From a bacterium (GTDB lineage: Bacteria > Krumholzibacteriota > Krumholzibacteriia > G020349025): a stretch of 64,000 nt of DNA. The position numbers and the translations under genes are program-made. Below, piece by piece: positions 27,438 to 35,834 of the stretch (positions are counted from its first letter, which is position 1; every line of letters starts with the position of its first letter). The notes below the pieces were generated by a model. That model made no database searches. It had not been told where the DNA came from and saw only the letters and a list, made by a program, of their open reading frames with translations. The stretch is taken from contig JANLSU010000081.1 of NCBI GenBank assembly GCA_031362565.1, positions 63,003-127,002 on the forward strand. The letters are read 5' to 3'.

Positions 27438-28732
27438 CGCCAACCTCCCGCATGCGTCGCGTTGCCGGCCGGCGCCGGCGGATGCACGAGCGCCTCGATT
27501 TCCGCCCAGGTGATGTAACGTTGCGCCTCGCGCCGGAAGAGCGCCCGGCGGGCGCCGATGGCGATTTCCAGATCCTCGAGCACCGTCGCGAAGTCACCAC
27601 GGCCCGCCCCGTAGGTCGAACGCGCCACATCGAGTGCCGACTCGGCTTGCGGCACGATCTCGTCGTGGTAGCGGTGCACTTGCGCATCGTCGCGCACCCA
27701 CTGCGCGGCGAGCCGCACCGCCTGCGCACGCACGTCGTTCTCCACATCGGCGAGCTCGAGGCGCGCGGCATCGACTTCGGCATCGGCGGCATGCACCGCA
27801 GGACCCTGCTTGGCGCGCCGCCACACCGGCAGGTCGGCGCCAACTCGCAGCCCGATGACCGGATCGAGCCCGCCACGATTCGCATAGCCGGCGCCCACAA
27901 AGACGTTCGGCTTACCTTCTTGGCGCTGCGCATGCGCCCGGGCCTCGGCGGCAGCAATCGAAGCGCGTTGCCGCACGACCGCCACCGAGGCGGCAACGGC
28001 GCGCACCGGCAATTCGGCAGCCGCAACTTGCGTCTCCGGCAGGCGCACGAAGGCGCCGAACGAAGTGCCTGGATCCCGTCCGAGCCAACGATTCAGATCG
28101 GCGCTCGCACCGATTCGCTCGGCCGCAAGATCCGCGAGTTCGGCGTCGACGCGTGACAGCGCCAACTGGGCGCGCAGTTGCGGCTCCATCGCCGCGTCGC
28201 CGGTGCTGTAGCGTGCGGTTCCCGAATCGCGCAGCAGCAACGCCACGTCGCGCGCCGCATCGAGCGCATGGCGCTCGGCATCGAGAGCGTAGAGACGCGC
28301 GTACTGGGTGCGCACCGCGACAGTGACGCGCCGCGCTTCGTCCACGATGTCGACGTCGAGCACGCGCGCCTCCTGTTCGACGGCTTGGCGCTCCGCGCCG
28401 CGCCGTCCGAAGCCACCGAGTTCTTGACGCAGTTCCACCCCCAGCGTCGACATCTCATCCTTGCCAACCGTCCAGCGCGGGAAGCTCACATCCTCGAGGC
28501 CGAATTCGAGCCCCGGATCGGCAAGTGCACCGGCAGCCCTGGCGCGCAGATGCACGGCGGCGGCGCGCGCCCGGCGCGCCGCGATCGAGGGCGCCGACGT
28601 GAGCGCCGTCGCGACAAGACTGTCGACGGGTGGCGCCTCGGCGCCCGTGCCGACCGGGGTTACGCCGGCGGCCGGCAAAGCGGCGAGCGTCAACCAGGCG
28701 ACCAATAGTGTTCGAAGCGAATCGGACAACAT
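27434..28732 (-). CDS. TolC family outer membrane efflux protein
   Basis: Signal peptide, OEP-like helical repeats, first gene of the coupled RND operon. Confidence 0.88.
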   Translation of the reverse strand: MLSDSLRTLLVAWLTLAALPAAGVTPVGTGAEAPPVDSLVATALTSAPSIAARRARAAAVHLRARAAGALADPGLEFGLEDVSFPRWTVGKDEMSTLGVELRQELGGFGRRGAERQAVEQEARVLDVDIVDEARRVTVAVRTQYARLYALDAERHALDAARDVALLLRDSGTARYSTGDAAMEPQLRAQLALSRVDAELADLAAERIGASADLNRWLGRDPGTSFGAFVRLPETQVAAAELPVRAVAASVAVVRQRASIAAAEARAHAQRQEGKPNVFVGAGYANRGGLDPVIGLRVGADLPVWRRAKQGPAVHAADAEVDAARLELADVENDVRAQAVRLAAQWVRDDAQVHRYHDEIVPQAESALDVARSTYGAGRGDFATVLEDLEIAIGARRALFRREAQRYITWAEIEALVHPPAPAGNATHAGGWR

Positions 28733-28886
28733 GACCTTCCTCTCGCCATTCCGGCCCGCCCGTGCCGCAATGCTCGCTGACCCCAAGGGACGCCGCGAAG
28801 CCGCGCGCCTGCCGCAGGACAAACGGCAAGGCAACGCCGCACCATGGAGGCGCGCTGCGCAAATGCATGATCGAGAAGGGTCGAGG

Positions 28887-29267
28887 TCAGACGACGAGAG
28901 TGCAGAAGAGCGTCAATATCGATTCGCTATGATGCGCCGCGATGCGTGAGTCGGCCGCGGGCTGCACCAGGTCCGGGCGGCTCGCGGGCACCAGAAAATG
29001 GATTGGGTAGACGGCGGCCACGAGGTGCGAACTCTGCAAGCCGGTCCGCGATGGAATCTCGCCGCTGGGTGCGAGTGGTGCGGGTGTGGACGCCGGACGC
29101 GGATGGCAGGAGGCTCCCGGACCGCAGCGGCAGACCCTCCCGGCGCAACACGAACTCACGGCCGAGTGAACCGTTGGTGCACATCGGACGGGCGGCTGCG
29201 CACGCAGGGCGAGCGGCGTCGTGGCGACGAGCCACGCGGCAGCGATTCGAACCCAGGGACGCAACAC
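28887..29267 (-). CDS. Small Cys-rich exported or leader protein upstream of the metal efflux operon
   Basis: GTG 29267 follows GAGGAGG; signal-like N-terminus; C...CCAGRVCRC...CH; ends HHSESILTLFCTLVV. Confidence 0.65.
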   Translation of the reverse strand: MLRPWVRIAAAWLVATTPLALRAQPPVRCAPTVHSAVSSCCAGRVCRCGPGASCHPRPASTPAPLAPSGEIPSRTGLQSSHLVAAVYPIHFLVPASRPDLVQPAADSRIAAHHSESILTLFCTLVV

Positions 29268-29295
29268 GGCCTCCTCGTCCACAAGCGCACCTTCA

Positions 29296-29324
29296 AGGGT
29301 AGAAGGCGCGCCAAAGGCTGTCAA
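29296..29324 (-). promoter_or_regulatory. Sigma70 promoter for the Cys-rich ORF/efflux operon
   Basis: TTGACA-17 nt-TACCCT. Confidence 0.6.
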
Positions 29325-29389
29325 CGGGCGGCAGCCCACGCGGTCTTCCACACCTGCAGGTCATCCAGATTCGTGCCATGATGGGACGA

Positions 29390-29794
29390 TCAGTTCGTGT
29401 TCCGTGCGGCTTGGTTGAGGATCCGCAGCAGCATCGCTTCGAGCGACTCCGAGTCGACGGGCTGAGCCAGGTAGAACAGCACCCCGGCGCGCCGCGCCGC
29501 CCGTTCGAGTTCGAGCGAGTGCTCATGGGCGATGTAGACGACGCGGACATCGGGCCGCACCCGGTGGACATCGTCCACGAGTTCCGGCCCCGGACGTTCC
29601 GTCACCGCATCGTCGAGAACCAGGAGCGCCGGATTCAAGAGACAAAGCGCCGTCAGACACTCAGCGGCCGATCCAACTTGGGTCACCCGTGGAGCCCGCG
29701 CCCCGAGCGGCGTAAACGCCTCGGCAACGTGCGCACTCAATCCCCGATCGCGGGTCGCAACCACAACCTGCGAACTCTTAGCCGCGAAGGGCAT
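29390..29794 (-). CDS. Stand-alone atypical response regulator receiver domain
   Basis: CheY-like pattern: VVVAT, LLVLDD, GPELV, VVYIA, ARRAGVLFYLAQPVD. Confidence 0.75.
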   Translation of the reverse strand: MPFAAKSSQVVVATRDRGLSAHVAEAFTPLGARAPRVTQVGSAAECLTALCLLNPALLVLDDAVTERPGPELVDDVHRVRPDVRVVYIAHEHSLELERAARRAGVLFYLAQPVDSESLEAMLLRILNQAARNTN

Positions 29795-29861
29795 TGCCGC
29801 TCCGATCCAAGCCGCGCCGCGCCTCGAACCTCGGCGCGCGTGCGACCTACACACTCCCCAG

Positions 29862-29877
29862 TGCGAGACCCATGCCG
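29862..29877 (-). promoter_or_regulatory. Candidate sigma54 promoter for the receiver gene
   Basis: CGGCATG-GGTC-TCGCA (GG-N10-GC), about 68 nt upstream of ATG 29794. Confidence 0.4.
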
Positions 29878-29988
29878 GTCGCAGCAAACACCCTGCTTTC
29901 GGCCCAGCCGCGCGCCGGCTCGGGCGCTCGAAGGCATCGAGTCGGTCGTCTCGAGCCCTACAGGCCGATGTGTTACCGCACTCGAGCT

Positions 29989-30010
29989 CTTTGTGAAATT
30001 TTTCACAAAG
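29989..30010. promoter_or_regulatory. Perfect palindromic operator (Rex-box/CRP-box-like)
   Basis: CTTTGTGAAA-TT-TTTCACAAAG; contains TTGTGAA-N4-TTCACAA and TGTGA-N6-TCACA. Confidence 0.75.
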
Positions 30011-30261
30011 TCTCGCACAGTCCCCAAGTCGCCAATTCCGACCCCGCATGCCCCCGAAAGCCCCATCCCCCGAAGAAACCCCTGGCGCCAACGGACACAA
30101 CCCCCGCAGGGGCAACCGGACCTGGTACGAAGTGAGGATCGCGTTTGGAGCGTGGAATGGGACTCGCCACGATTCCGACTCCGATTCCGACTAGTCGCAC
30201 GCCTCCGAAGACCGCCACGCACCAGCAGTCGCGCGCGTTCGCGCGTTCGCGCCGCCGCGCA

Positions 30262-31749
30262 TCAGTCTTCCGAAACCGCGATTCCGAACTTGCGGATCTT
30301 AGCGTAGAGCTGTTTCCTCGAGATGCCGAGCATTTTGGCCGCGCGCACTTTGTTGCCTTCCGTCATCGCGAGCGCCCGCGTCAGCAGCGCGCGCTCCGAA
30401 TCCTCGAAGGTCGGCAGTTCGTCGCTGTTGAACATAAGAACGGGATCGCGGCGCTCGACATGCGGCGCCAGCCCGGACATTTCGAGCGGCAGGTCTTCGA
30501 GAGCGATGGAGTCGCCGCGGCCATACGCAAACGCCACCTCGATGGCATTCATAAGTTCGCGAACATTGCCCGGCCACGCATACCTCGCCAGCGCCGCCGA
30601 GGCGTCAGCCTCGATGCCCTTGACGACGCGCGGGTAGCGCTCGTTGAAGAGGTCGATGAAATACTCGACGAGCAATGGCACGTCTGCCGCACGATCGCGC
30701 AGCGGCGGCAGCGCCAGAGTGTGCACTTTGAGCCGGTAGTAGAGGTCCTCGCGCAGCTTGCCCTCGGCGATCGCCAGGGTGGGATCGCGGTTCGTCGAAG
30801 CGATGAACCGCACATCGACCGCAGTCTCCTGCGTCGAGCCGACCGGCCGCACGCGCCGGTCTTGCAGAACACGCAGCAACTTGGCCTGCGTCTCCGGCTG
30901 CATTTCGGTGATTTCGTCGAGGAACAACGTCCCGCCGTCCGCGGCGCGAACCAGCCCCAGGTACTCGCCCACCGCACCACTGAAGGCGCCCTTCCGGTGG
31001 CCGAAGAGTTCGCTCTCGATGAGCTCCCGGGGCAACGCGGCGCAGTTCACGGCGATGAACGCCGACTTGCCTCCCGGCCCGCACTCGTGAATCGCGCGGG
31101 CGACGAGTTCCTTCCCCGTACCGCTCTCGCCGGCGATCAGGATCGAGGCGCGCCCGTGGGCGGCTTGCTGAATGCGGCTGTACATCTGGCGCATTGCCGC
31201 ACTCGCACCCACCATGCCGTGAAAGCTCGTGCGCTGCGCGGCCTCGGGATCGAGGCGTTCCAGATCGAGTTCTTGCCGGCGGGTGCGGGCCGCACTACGC
31301 GCGTCATGGACGCCGAAATACACCTGCGCGAGCAGGATCATGCGAACGTGCGACAGCTTGTCGAACGTCAGGAGCACATCGGGCCCCTTGGCCAGAATCG
31401 ACAGCTTGTGGCGGAAATAGTGTGCGGCACTTTCCTCGAAGAGATGCATCGAGGCGATGATTTCCTCGAACGGCACACCGCGCTCCACCATGCGCGCCCC
31501 GACCTTCTGCACCTCGCGCGCCAGGGCCACGATGTCCCGCTCGAGGAGCGTCGAGACCACGGCATCCAGATCGAGGCCGAAATACGACTCGAACTCTTCG
31601 CGCGCGAAGGTCCGATCGGGACCGAAATGCAGCGTATAGAGTTCGTACCAACGCTCGAGAACACCGGGGCGATTGTCGCGCAAGATGCGCAGAATCGGCC
31701 CGAGACGTTCGATCTCTTCGTCGTTGATGAGATGGAAATAGCGCGCCAT
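30262..31749 (-). CDS. Sigma54-dependent enhancer-binding protein with all-helical (RsbRD-N/non-heme globin-like) N-terminal domain
   Basis: GESGTGKE, ESELFGHRKGAFSGA, LFLDEI, LREDLYYRL, WPGNVREL, Fis HTH (GNKVRAAKMLGISR); GGAGGAG RBS. Confidence 0.9.
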   Translation of the reverse strand: MARYFHLINDEEIERLGPILRILRDNRPGVLERWYELYTLHFGPDRTFAREEFESYFGLDLDAVVSTLLERDIVALAREVQKVGARMVERGVPFEEIIASMHLFEESAAHYFRHKLSILAKGPDVLLTFDKLSHVRMILLAQVYFGVHDARSAARTRRQELDLERLDPEAAQRTSFHGMVGASAAMRQMYSRIQQAAHGRASILIAGESGTGKELVARAIHECGPGGKSAFIAVNCAALPRELIESELFGHRKGAFSGAVGEYLGLVRAADGGTLFLDEITEMQPETQAKLLRVLQDRRVRPVGSTQETAVDVRFIASTNRDPTLAIAEGKLREDLYYRLKVHTLALPPLRDRAADVPLLVEYFIDLFNERYPRVVKGIEADASAALARYAWPGNVRELMNAIEVAFAYGRGDSIALEDLPLEMSGLAPHVERRDPVLMFNSDELPTFEDSERALLTRALAMTEGNKVRAAKMLGISRKQLYAKIRKFGIAVSED

Positions 31750-31841
31750 GCTCCTCCGAGCGCTGCCGCGCCGATGCTGAGCGCCGCGGCAAGGCGGCAC
31801 TCTATCACGCGCCCACCCATCGGGGGGGCACCGCGTGCAAA

Positions 31842-33965
31842 TCAGCCTTCTTCCGGACGGAGCGGTTCGAAGACGGGCTCGCTCGTTTCGCGCGCCCTCT
31901 GGAGCGCACGCTTTGCGGCTTCGTACTGCCGTAATTGCGAGCGAAACGGGTCTTCGCCTTTGGCGGGACGGCGGCGCTTGTAGGTGCCGTCGGCTTGTAA
32001 ACGCCGGGCCTTGACGTTGTCCTGAAATACCGCCTCGAGCGCTTCGAGCACCTTGCGGCGGCATGCCGGGTGCTCCACCGGAAACATCAATTCGATGCGC
32101 CGGTCCAGGTTACGCGGCATCCAGTCGGCACTGCCCAAGTACACCTCTTCGTCGCCACCGTTATGGAAATGAAAAATCCGCGAGTGCTCCAGGAACCGGT
32201 CGACGATGGACACGACCTCGATGTTGTCGCTGGTGCCGCGCACGCCCGGGCGCAAACAGCAGATGCCCCGCACCGCGAGTTGAATCTTGACGCCGGCCCG
32301 CGACGCCTCATAGAGAGCGCGAATGAGATCGCCGTCGACGAGCGAATTCATCTTGGCCCGGATTGCCGCCGGCTGCCCGGCCTCGGCGCGGCGTTGCTCG
32401 CGCTCGACAAGATCGAGGCAGCGGGCGCGGAGGAACGTCGGCGCCATGACCAGTTTGTCCATGCGCGGCGGATCGGAATAACCCGTGAGGGCGTTGAAAA
32501 ACGCCGAGGCATCGGCGCCGATCTGCGCATCGGCGGTCATCAGGCCGAAATCGGTGTAGAGGCGTGCCGTCTTGTCGTTGTAGTTGCCGGTGCCCAGGTG
32601 CACATAACGCTCGATGCCACGCCGGCCGCGCCGCACCACCAGGCAGATCTTGGCGTGCGTCTTGTAGCCGCGAATTCCATAGATGACATGCGCGCCCGCC
32701 TCTTCCAAGCGGCGCGCCCAACGGATGTTGGATTGCTCGTCGAATCGCGCCATGAGCTCCACCAGCACCGTCACCTGCTTGCCCTGCTCGGCCGCTCTCA
32801 CGAGGCCGCGCACGACCGGCGAGTCACCACTCGTGCGGTACAGCGTCTGCTTGATCGCCAGCACGTCCGGATCGTCGGAAGCCCGGTGCATGAAGGCGAT
32901 CACCGGTTCGAACCCGTCATACGGATGATGGAGAAGGATGTCGCGTTCCTGGAGCACTTCGAAGAGATCGTCGGTTTCGGCAAGATCCGGCAACGGCAAC
33001 GGCCGCAAGACCGGATCGCGCAGATTGGCCAGCCCAGGCAGTTCGACGAGCGCCATGAGGGCGCGGATATCCAGCGGTCCGGCGATGCGATAGACGTCGG
33101 CGGGGTCCGCGTCGAGCCGGGCAACCAGCGCCGCGACCAAGGCTTCGGTGGCGCTGACGTCGATTTCGAGGCGCACCGCGTGGCCGCGGCGCCGCTTGCG
33201 CAATTCATCCTCGAGAACGGCGACGTAGTCACCGCCCTCGTCATCCAGTTCCATTTCCGCGTCGCGGGTAATCCGGCACGCGGCGGCTTCGAGCACCGTT
33301 TGTCCTGGGAACAGGGCTGCGAGTCCGGCACGAATGACATCCTCGAGCCACGCATACGTGCCGGGTTCGCTGCCGGCCACACGCACGAGACGTGGCAGGC
33401 GCGACGGCACCTGCACGATTGCGAGGCGGGCCAGTTCCTCGCCGGGCGCGGGTGCAAGCCGGAGCGCCAGGTTGAGGCTCAGGCTCGCGAGCATCGGAAA
33501 CGGCCGCGAGCTTTCGATGGCGATCGGCGTCAGCGCCGGCAGCACCTCGTTTTCGAAGAAACGCGCCAGAGCTTCGCGTTGATCGGACGACAGCTCATCG
33601 AACGCGGTGATGCGAATCCCGCGCGTCGCGAGCGCCGGCAAGATGGACCCGGTCACGGTGCCCACCAATTGGTCCACCATGGCGTGGGCCCGCGTCGCGA
33701 TCCGGTCCAGCTGTTCGGCGGGAGTCAGGCCGGCATTGTCCGGCCCCACGTCGCCGTCCTCGACCATCTGCTTGAGAACGGCCACCCGGACCATGAAGAA
33801 CTCGTCGAGGTTGTTGGCGGCGATACATGCGAACTTGAGCCGCTCGAGAAGCGGGGTGTCGGGATCGATGGCCTCTTCGAGCACCCGCGCATCGAACTCA
33901 AGCCACGACAATTCGCGGTTCAAGAACAGCTCGGGCTGGCGGCGTCGCGATCGTGAAACGCTCAC
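31842..33965 (-). CDS. ppk1: Polyphosphate kinase 1
   Basis: FLNRELSWLEF, NNLDEFFMVRVA, LLHHPY, IKQTLYRT, KTHAK, HLGTGNYN, DRFLEHSR, SADWMPRNLDRRIE. Confidence 0.97.
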   Translation of the reverse strand: MSVSRSRRRQPELFLNRELSWLEFDARVLEEAIDPDTPLLERLKFACIAANNLDEFFMVRVAVLKQMVEDGDVGPDNAGLTPAEQLDRIATRAHAMVDQLVGTVTGSILPALATRGIRITAFDELSSDQREALARFFENEVLPALTPIAIESSRPFPMLASLSLNLALRLAPAPGEELARLAIVQVPSRLPRLVRVAGSEPGTYAWLEDVIRAGLAALFPGQTVLEAAACRITRDAEMELDDEGGDYVAVLEDELRKRRRGHAVRLEIDVSATEALVAALVARLDADPADVYRIAGPLDIRALMALVELPGLANLRDPVLRPLPLPDLAETDDLFEVLQERDILLHHPYDGFEPVIAFMHRASDDPDVLAIKQTLYRTSGDSPVVRGLVRAAEQGKQVTVLVELMARFDEQSNIRWARRLEEAGAHVIYGIRGYKTHAKICLVVRRGRRGIERYVHLGTGNYNDKTARLYTDFGLMTADAQIGADASAFFNALTGYSDPPRMDKLVMAPTFLRARCLDLVEREQRRAEAGQPAAIRAKMNSLVDGDLIRALYEASRAGVKIQLAVRGICCLRPGVRGTSDNIEVVSIVDRFLEHSRIFHFHNGGDEEVYLGSADWMPRNLDRRIELMFPVEHPACRRKVLEALEAVFQDNVKARRLQADGTYKRRRPAKGEDPFRSQLRQYEAAKRALQRARETSEPVFEPLRPEEG

Positions 33966-35572
33966 GGCGTCGTCCCGGCTTCGCGGAACGCCAGCTTGCG
34001 TCCATACACGTCGGTGAAGAGATCGGAGCGCGACAGTGCCGCCAAACGCTCCATGGTGAAATCTCCGGCGCCATCGGTTTCCAGCACCCAGGGCTCCGAC
34101 TCCCGCAGCAGGCGCACCGTGCGAACCTTTTGCAAGTGATCGGCATCGAGCGCATTGGCGACGCGCGCCAGCGCTGCCATCTTCATGACGTCCACTCGCT
34201 CCTCACGGTCCAGCGCCACGAACTCGGGATGCGTCCGCGACGGCATCTCACCACGATGATAACGCACGACGTTGCCGACGATCGCCATGTCGTCTTGCGA
34301 CAAGCCGAAGATTTCGGCGTGCGAGAGCACGTACTGTCCGTGCAGATGATGATCCCGCAACCCGACGAAAATGCCGACATCGTGCAACAGAGCCGCGACC
34401 TCGAGAAGAAGGCGCCGCCGCTCCGAAAGACCGTGCTCGACACGCAACTCGTCGAAGAGCCGGGTCGAGAGCGCGGCGACCTGGCGAGCGTGGGCAGCAT
34501 CGTATCGGTATTTCTCACCCAGGGCCGCAGCGCTCGTCAAAACCTGGGCGCGCAGATCCTCGAATCCGCGCCCTTCGGATGCCCCGGCCAAATCCAACAT
34601 CAGACCCGCCCGCAACGACGCATCGGGCACGACGACTTCCGTTGCGGCGGTTTCGGCCAGCAATTCCCGGTACACCATGAGGGCGGGCGCCAGTGTCTCG
34701 GCATCGACGACCGGCAGCCGGTAACGATCGAGCAATTCGTCGACTTCCAGCGGTACGATTTCGTCGTGGAAAGCAAAGAACGCTTCGCGCGAAATCGTCC
34801 GGTAGCCGGGCGGATGTGGCGCATCGGAAGCGATCCGCGCCGCCGCAAAACGCACGTCACCGCCCAGTGCAATGAAATGCTGCACCTCGCGCATCGGAAT
34901 ATCGCGCCGGATGTCTTCGACCACGTTGTGAATGTGGCGGCGCAGGAGGCGGACGCCGTCGGCGTGCGTGCCGTGCCAGGCCGCGAGGTTCTGGCGCATC
35001 CGCAACGCGCCCAAGGCATACGTTCCGGATTGCAACGGTTCACCCTTGCGCAGAAACGACAAGTCGCCGCTCCCGCCGCCGATCTCGACCAGCAGTGCGT
35101 TGCCGTTGGTGAGTACCGCATGGTCGCCGAGCGCCCGGCGGACGGCGAGATACGTCAGGCGATTTTCCTCGGTGCCGTCGATGATTTCGACCTCGAGCCC
35201 GGTGCGCAAGCGCACCCGGTCGAGAAAACTGTCGCTGTTCGCAGCCTCGCGCACAGCGCTCGTCGCCACGGCGCGATATCGCAGCACGCCGTAGCCGTCC
35301 ATGATGGAGCGAAAACCCTCGAGCGCTTTGAGAGCCGCGTCCATGGTGGCGGGGCCGAGCCGACCATGCGTGAACGTCTCTTTGCCCAACAACACCCCGC
35401 GCGAGGCTTCTTCGAGAATGCGCGGCGTCCCGTCCGGAACGAGTTCGGCCACCAAGAGACGAATGGCGCTGGCGCCAATGTCCAACACCGCGACAGGACG
35501 TGTCGCATCGACGGCGGGATTTGCAGGCTCGGTTCCGGGGTGGTGCAAGATCGTGTCCATACGCTCGGCCAC
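33962..35572 (-). CDS. ppx: Ppx/GppA family exopolyphosphatase with C-terminal HD domain
   Basis: LDIGASAIRL, ATSAVREAAN, IIDGTEE, EIGGGS, AALLHDVG. GTGA overlap with ppk1; alternative ATG 35560. Confidence 0.92.
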   Translation of the reverse strand: MAERMDTILHHPGTEPANPAVDATRPVAVLDIGASAIRLLVAELVPDGTPRILEEASRGVLLGKETFTHGRLGPATMDAALKALEGFRSIMDGYGVLRYRAVATSAVREAANSDSFLDRVRLRTGLEVEIIDGTEENRLTYLAVRRALGDHAVLTNGNALLVEIGGGSGDLSFLRKGEPLQSGTYALGALRMRQNLAAWHGTHADGVRLLRRHIHNVVEDIRRDIPMREVQHFIALGGDVRFAAARIASDAPHPPGYRTISREAFFAFHDEIVPLEVDELLDRYRLPVVDAETLAPALMVYRELLAETAATEVVVPDASLRAGLMLDLAGASEGRGFEDLRAQVLTSAAALGEKYRYDAAHARQVAALSTRLFDELRVEHGLSERRRLLLEVAALLHDVGIFVGLRDHHLHGQYVLSHAEIFGLSQDDMAIVGNVVRYHRGEMPSRTHPEFVALDREERVDVMKMAALARVANALDADHLQKVRTVRLLRESEPWVLETDGAGDFTMERLAALSRSDLFTDVYGRKLAFREAGTTP

Positions 35573-35780
35573 TCCAACAGCGTTCCCGGTGTGGCCGCGC
35601 CGAGACTAGCAGAAGCCCAGCGATGGGCCCAGCCATGGCGCGACCGCACAGAATCGCACGGGGCGGCTGGGCGAGCGTGGTGAAGATTGTGCAAAGCCAC
35701 GGCTGCGGACGGACCTCTCCAGGAGATCCTTTTCCGGGATACCTCAGAGCCTCCCGGGGCTGGCGCTGAACTTCCCGGCG

Positions 35781-35796
35781 TGGCATGCACGATGCT
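35781..35796 (+). promoter_or_regulatory. Candidate sigma54 promoter for the ATP-grasp pair
   Basis: TGGCATG-CACG-ATGCT, 38 nt upstream of ATG 35835. Confidence 0.55.
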
Positions 35797-35834
35797 TCCG
35801 CGACCACACCGGTTGCGGTCGAAAGGGCGCATGC

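Noticed and set aside
29363..29378. Sigma54-like TGGCACG-AATC-TGGAT on the minus strand
   Set aside because: The -24 element is perfect but -12 lacks GC, and a good sigma70 promoter lies closer to the ORF.
30170..30255. Short tandem repeats (CCGATT/CCGACT units; CGCGCGTT x2)
   Set aside because: Only two to four short units with no spacers; not a CRISPR array and no evident function.
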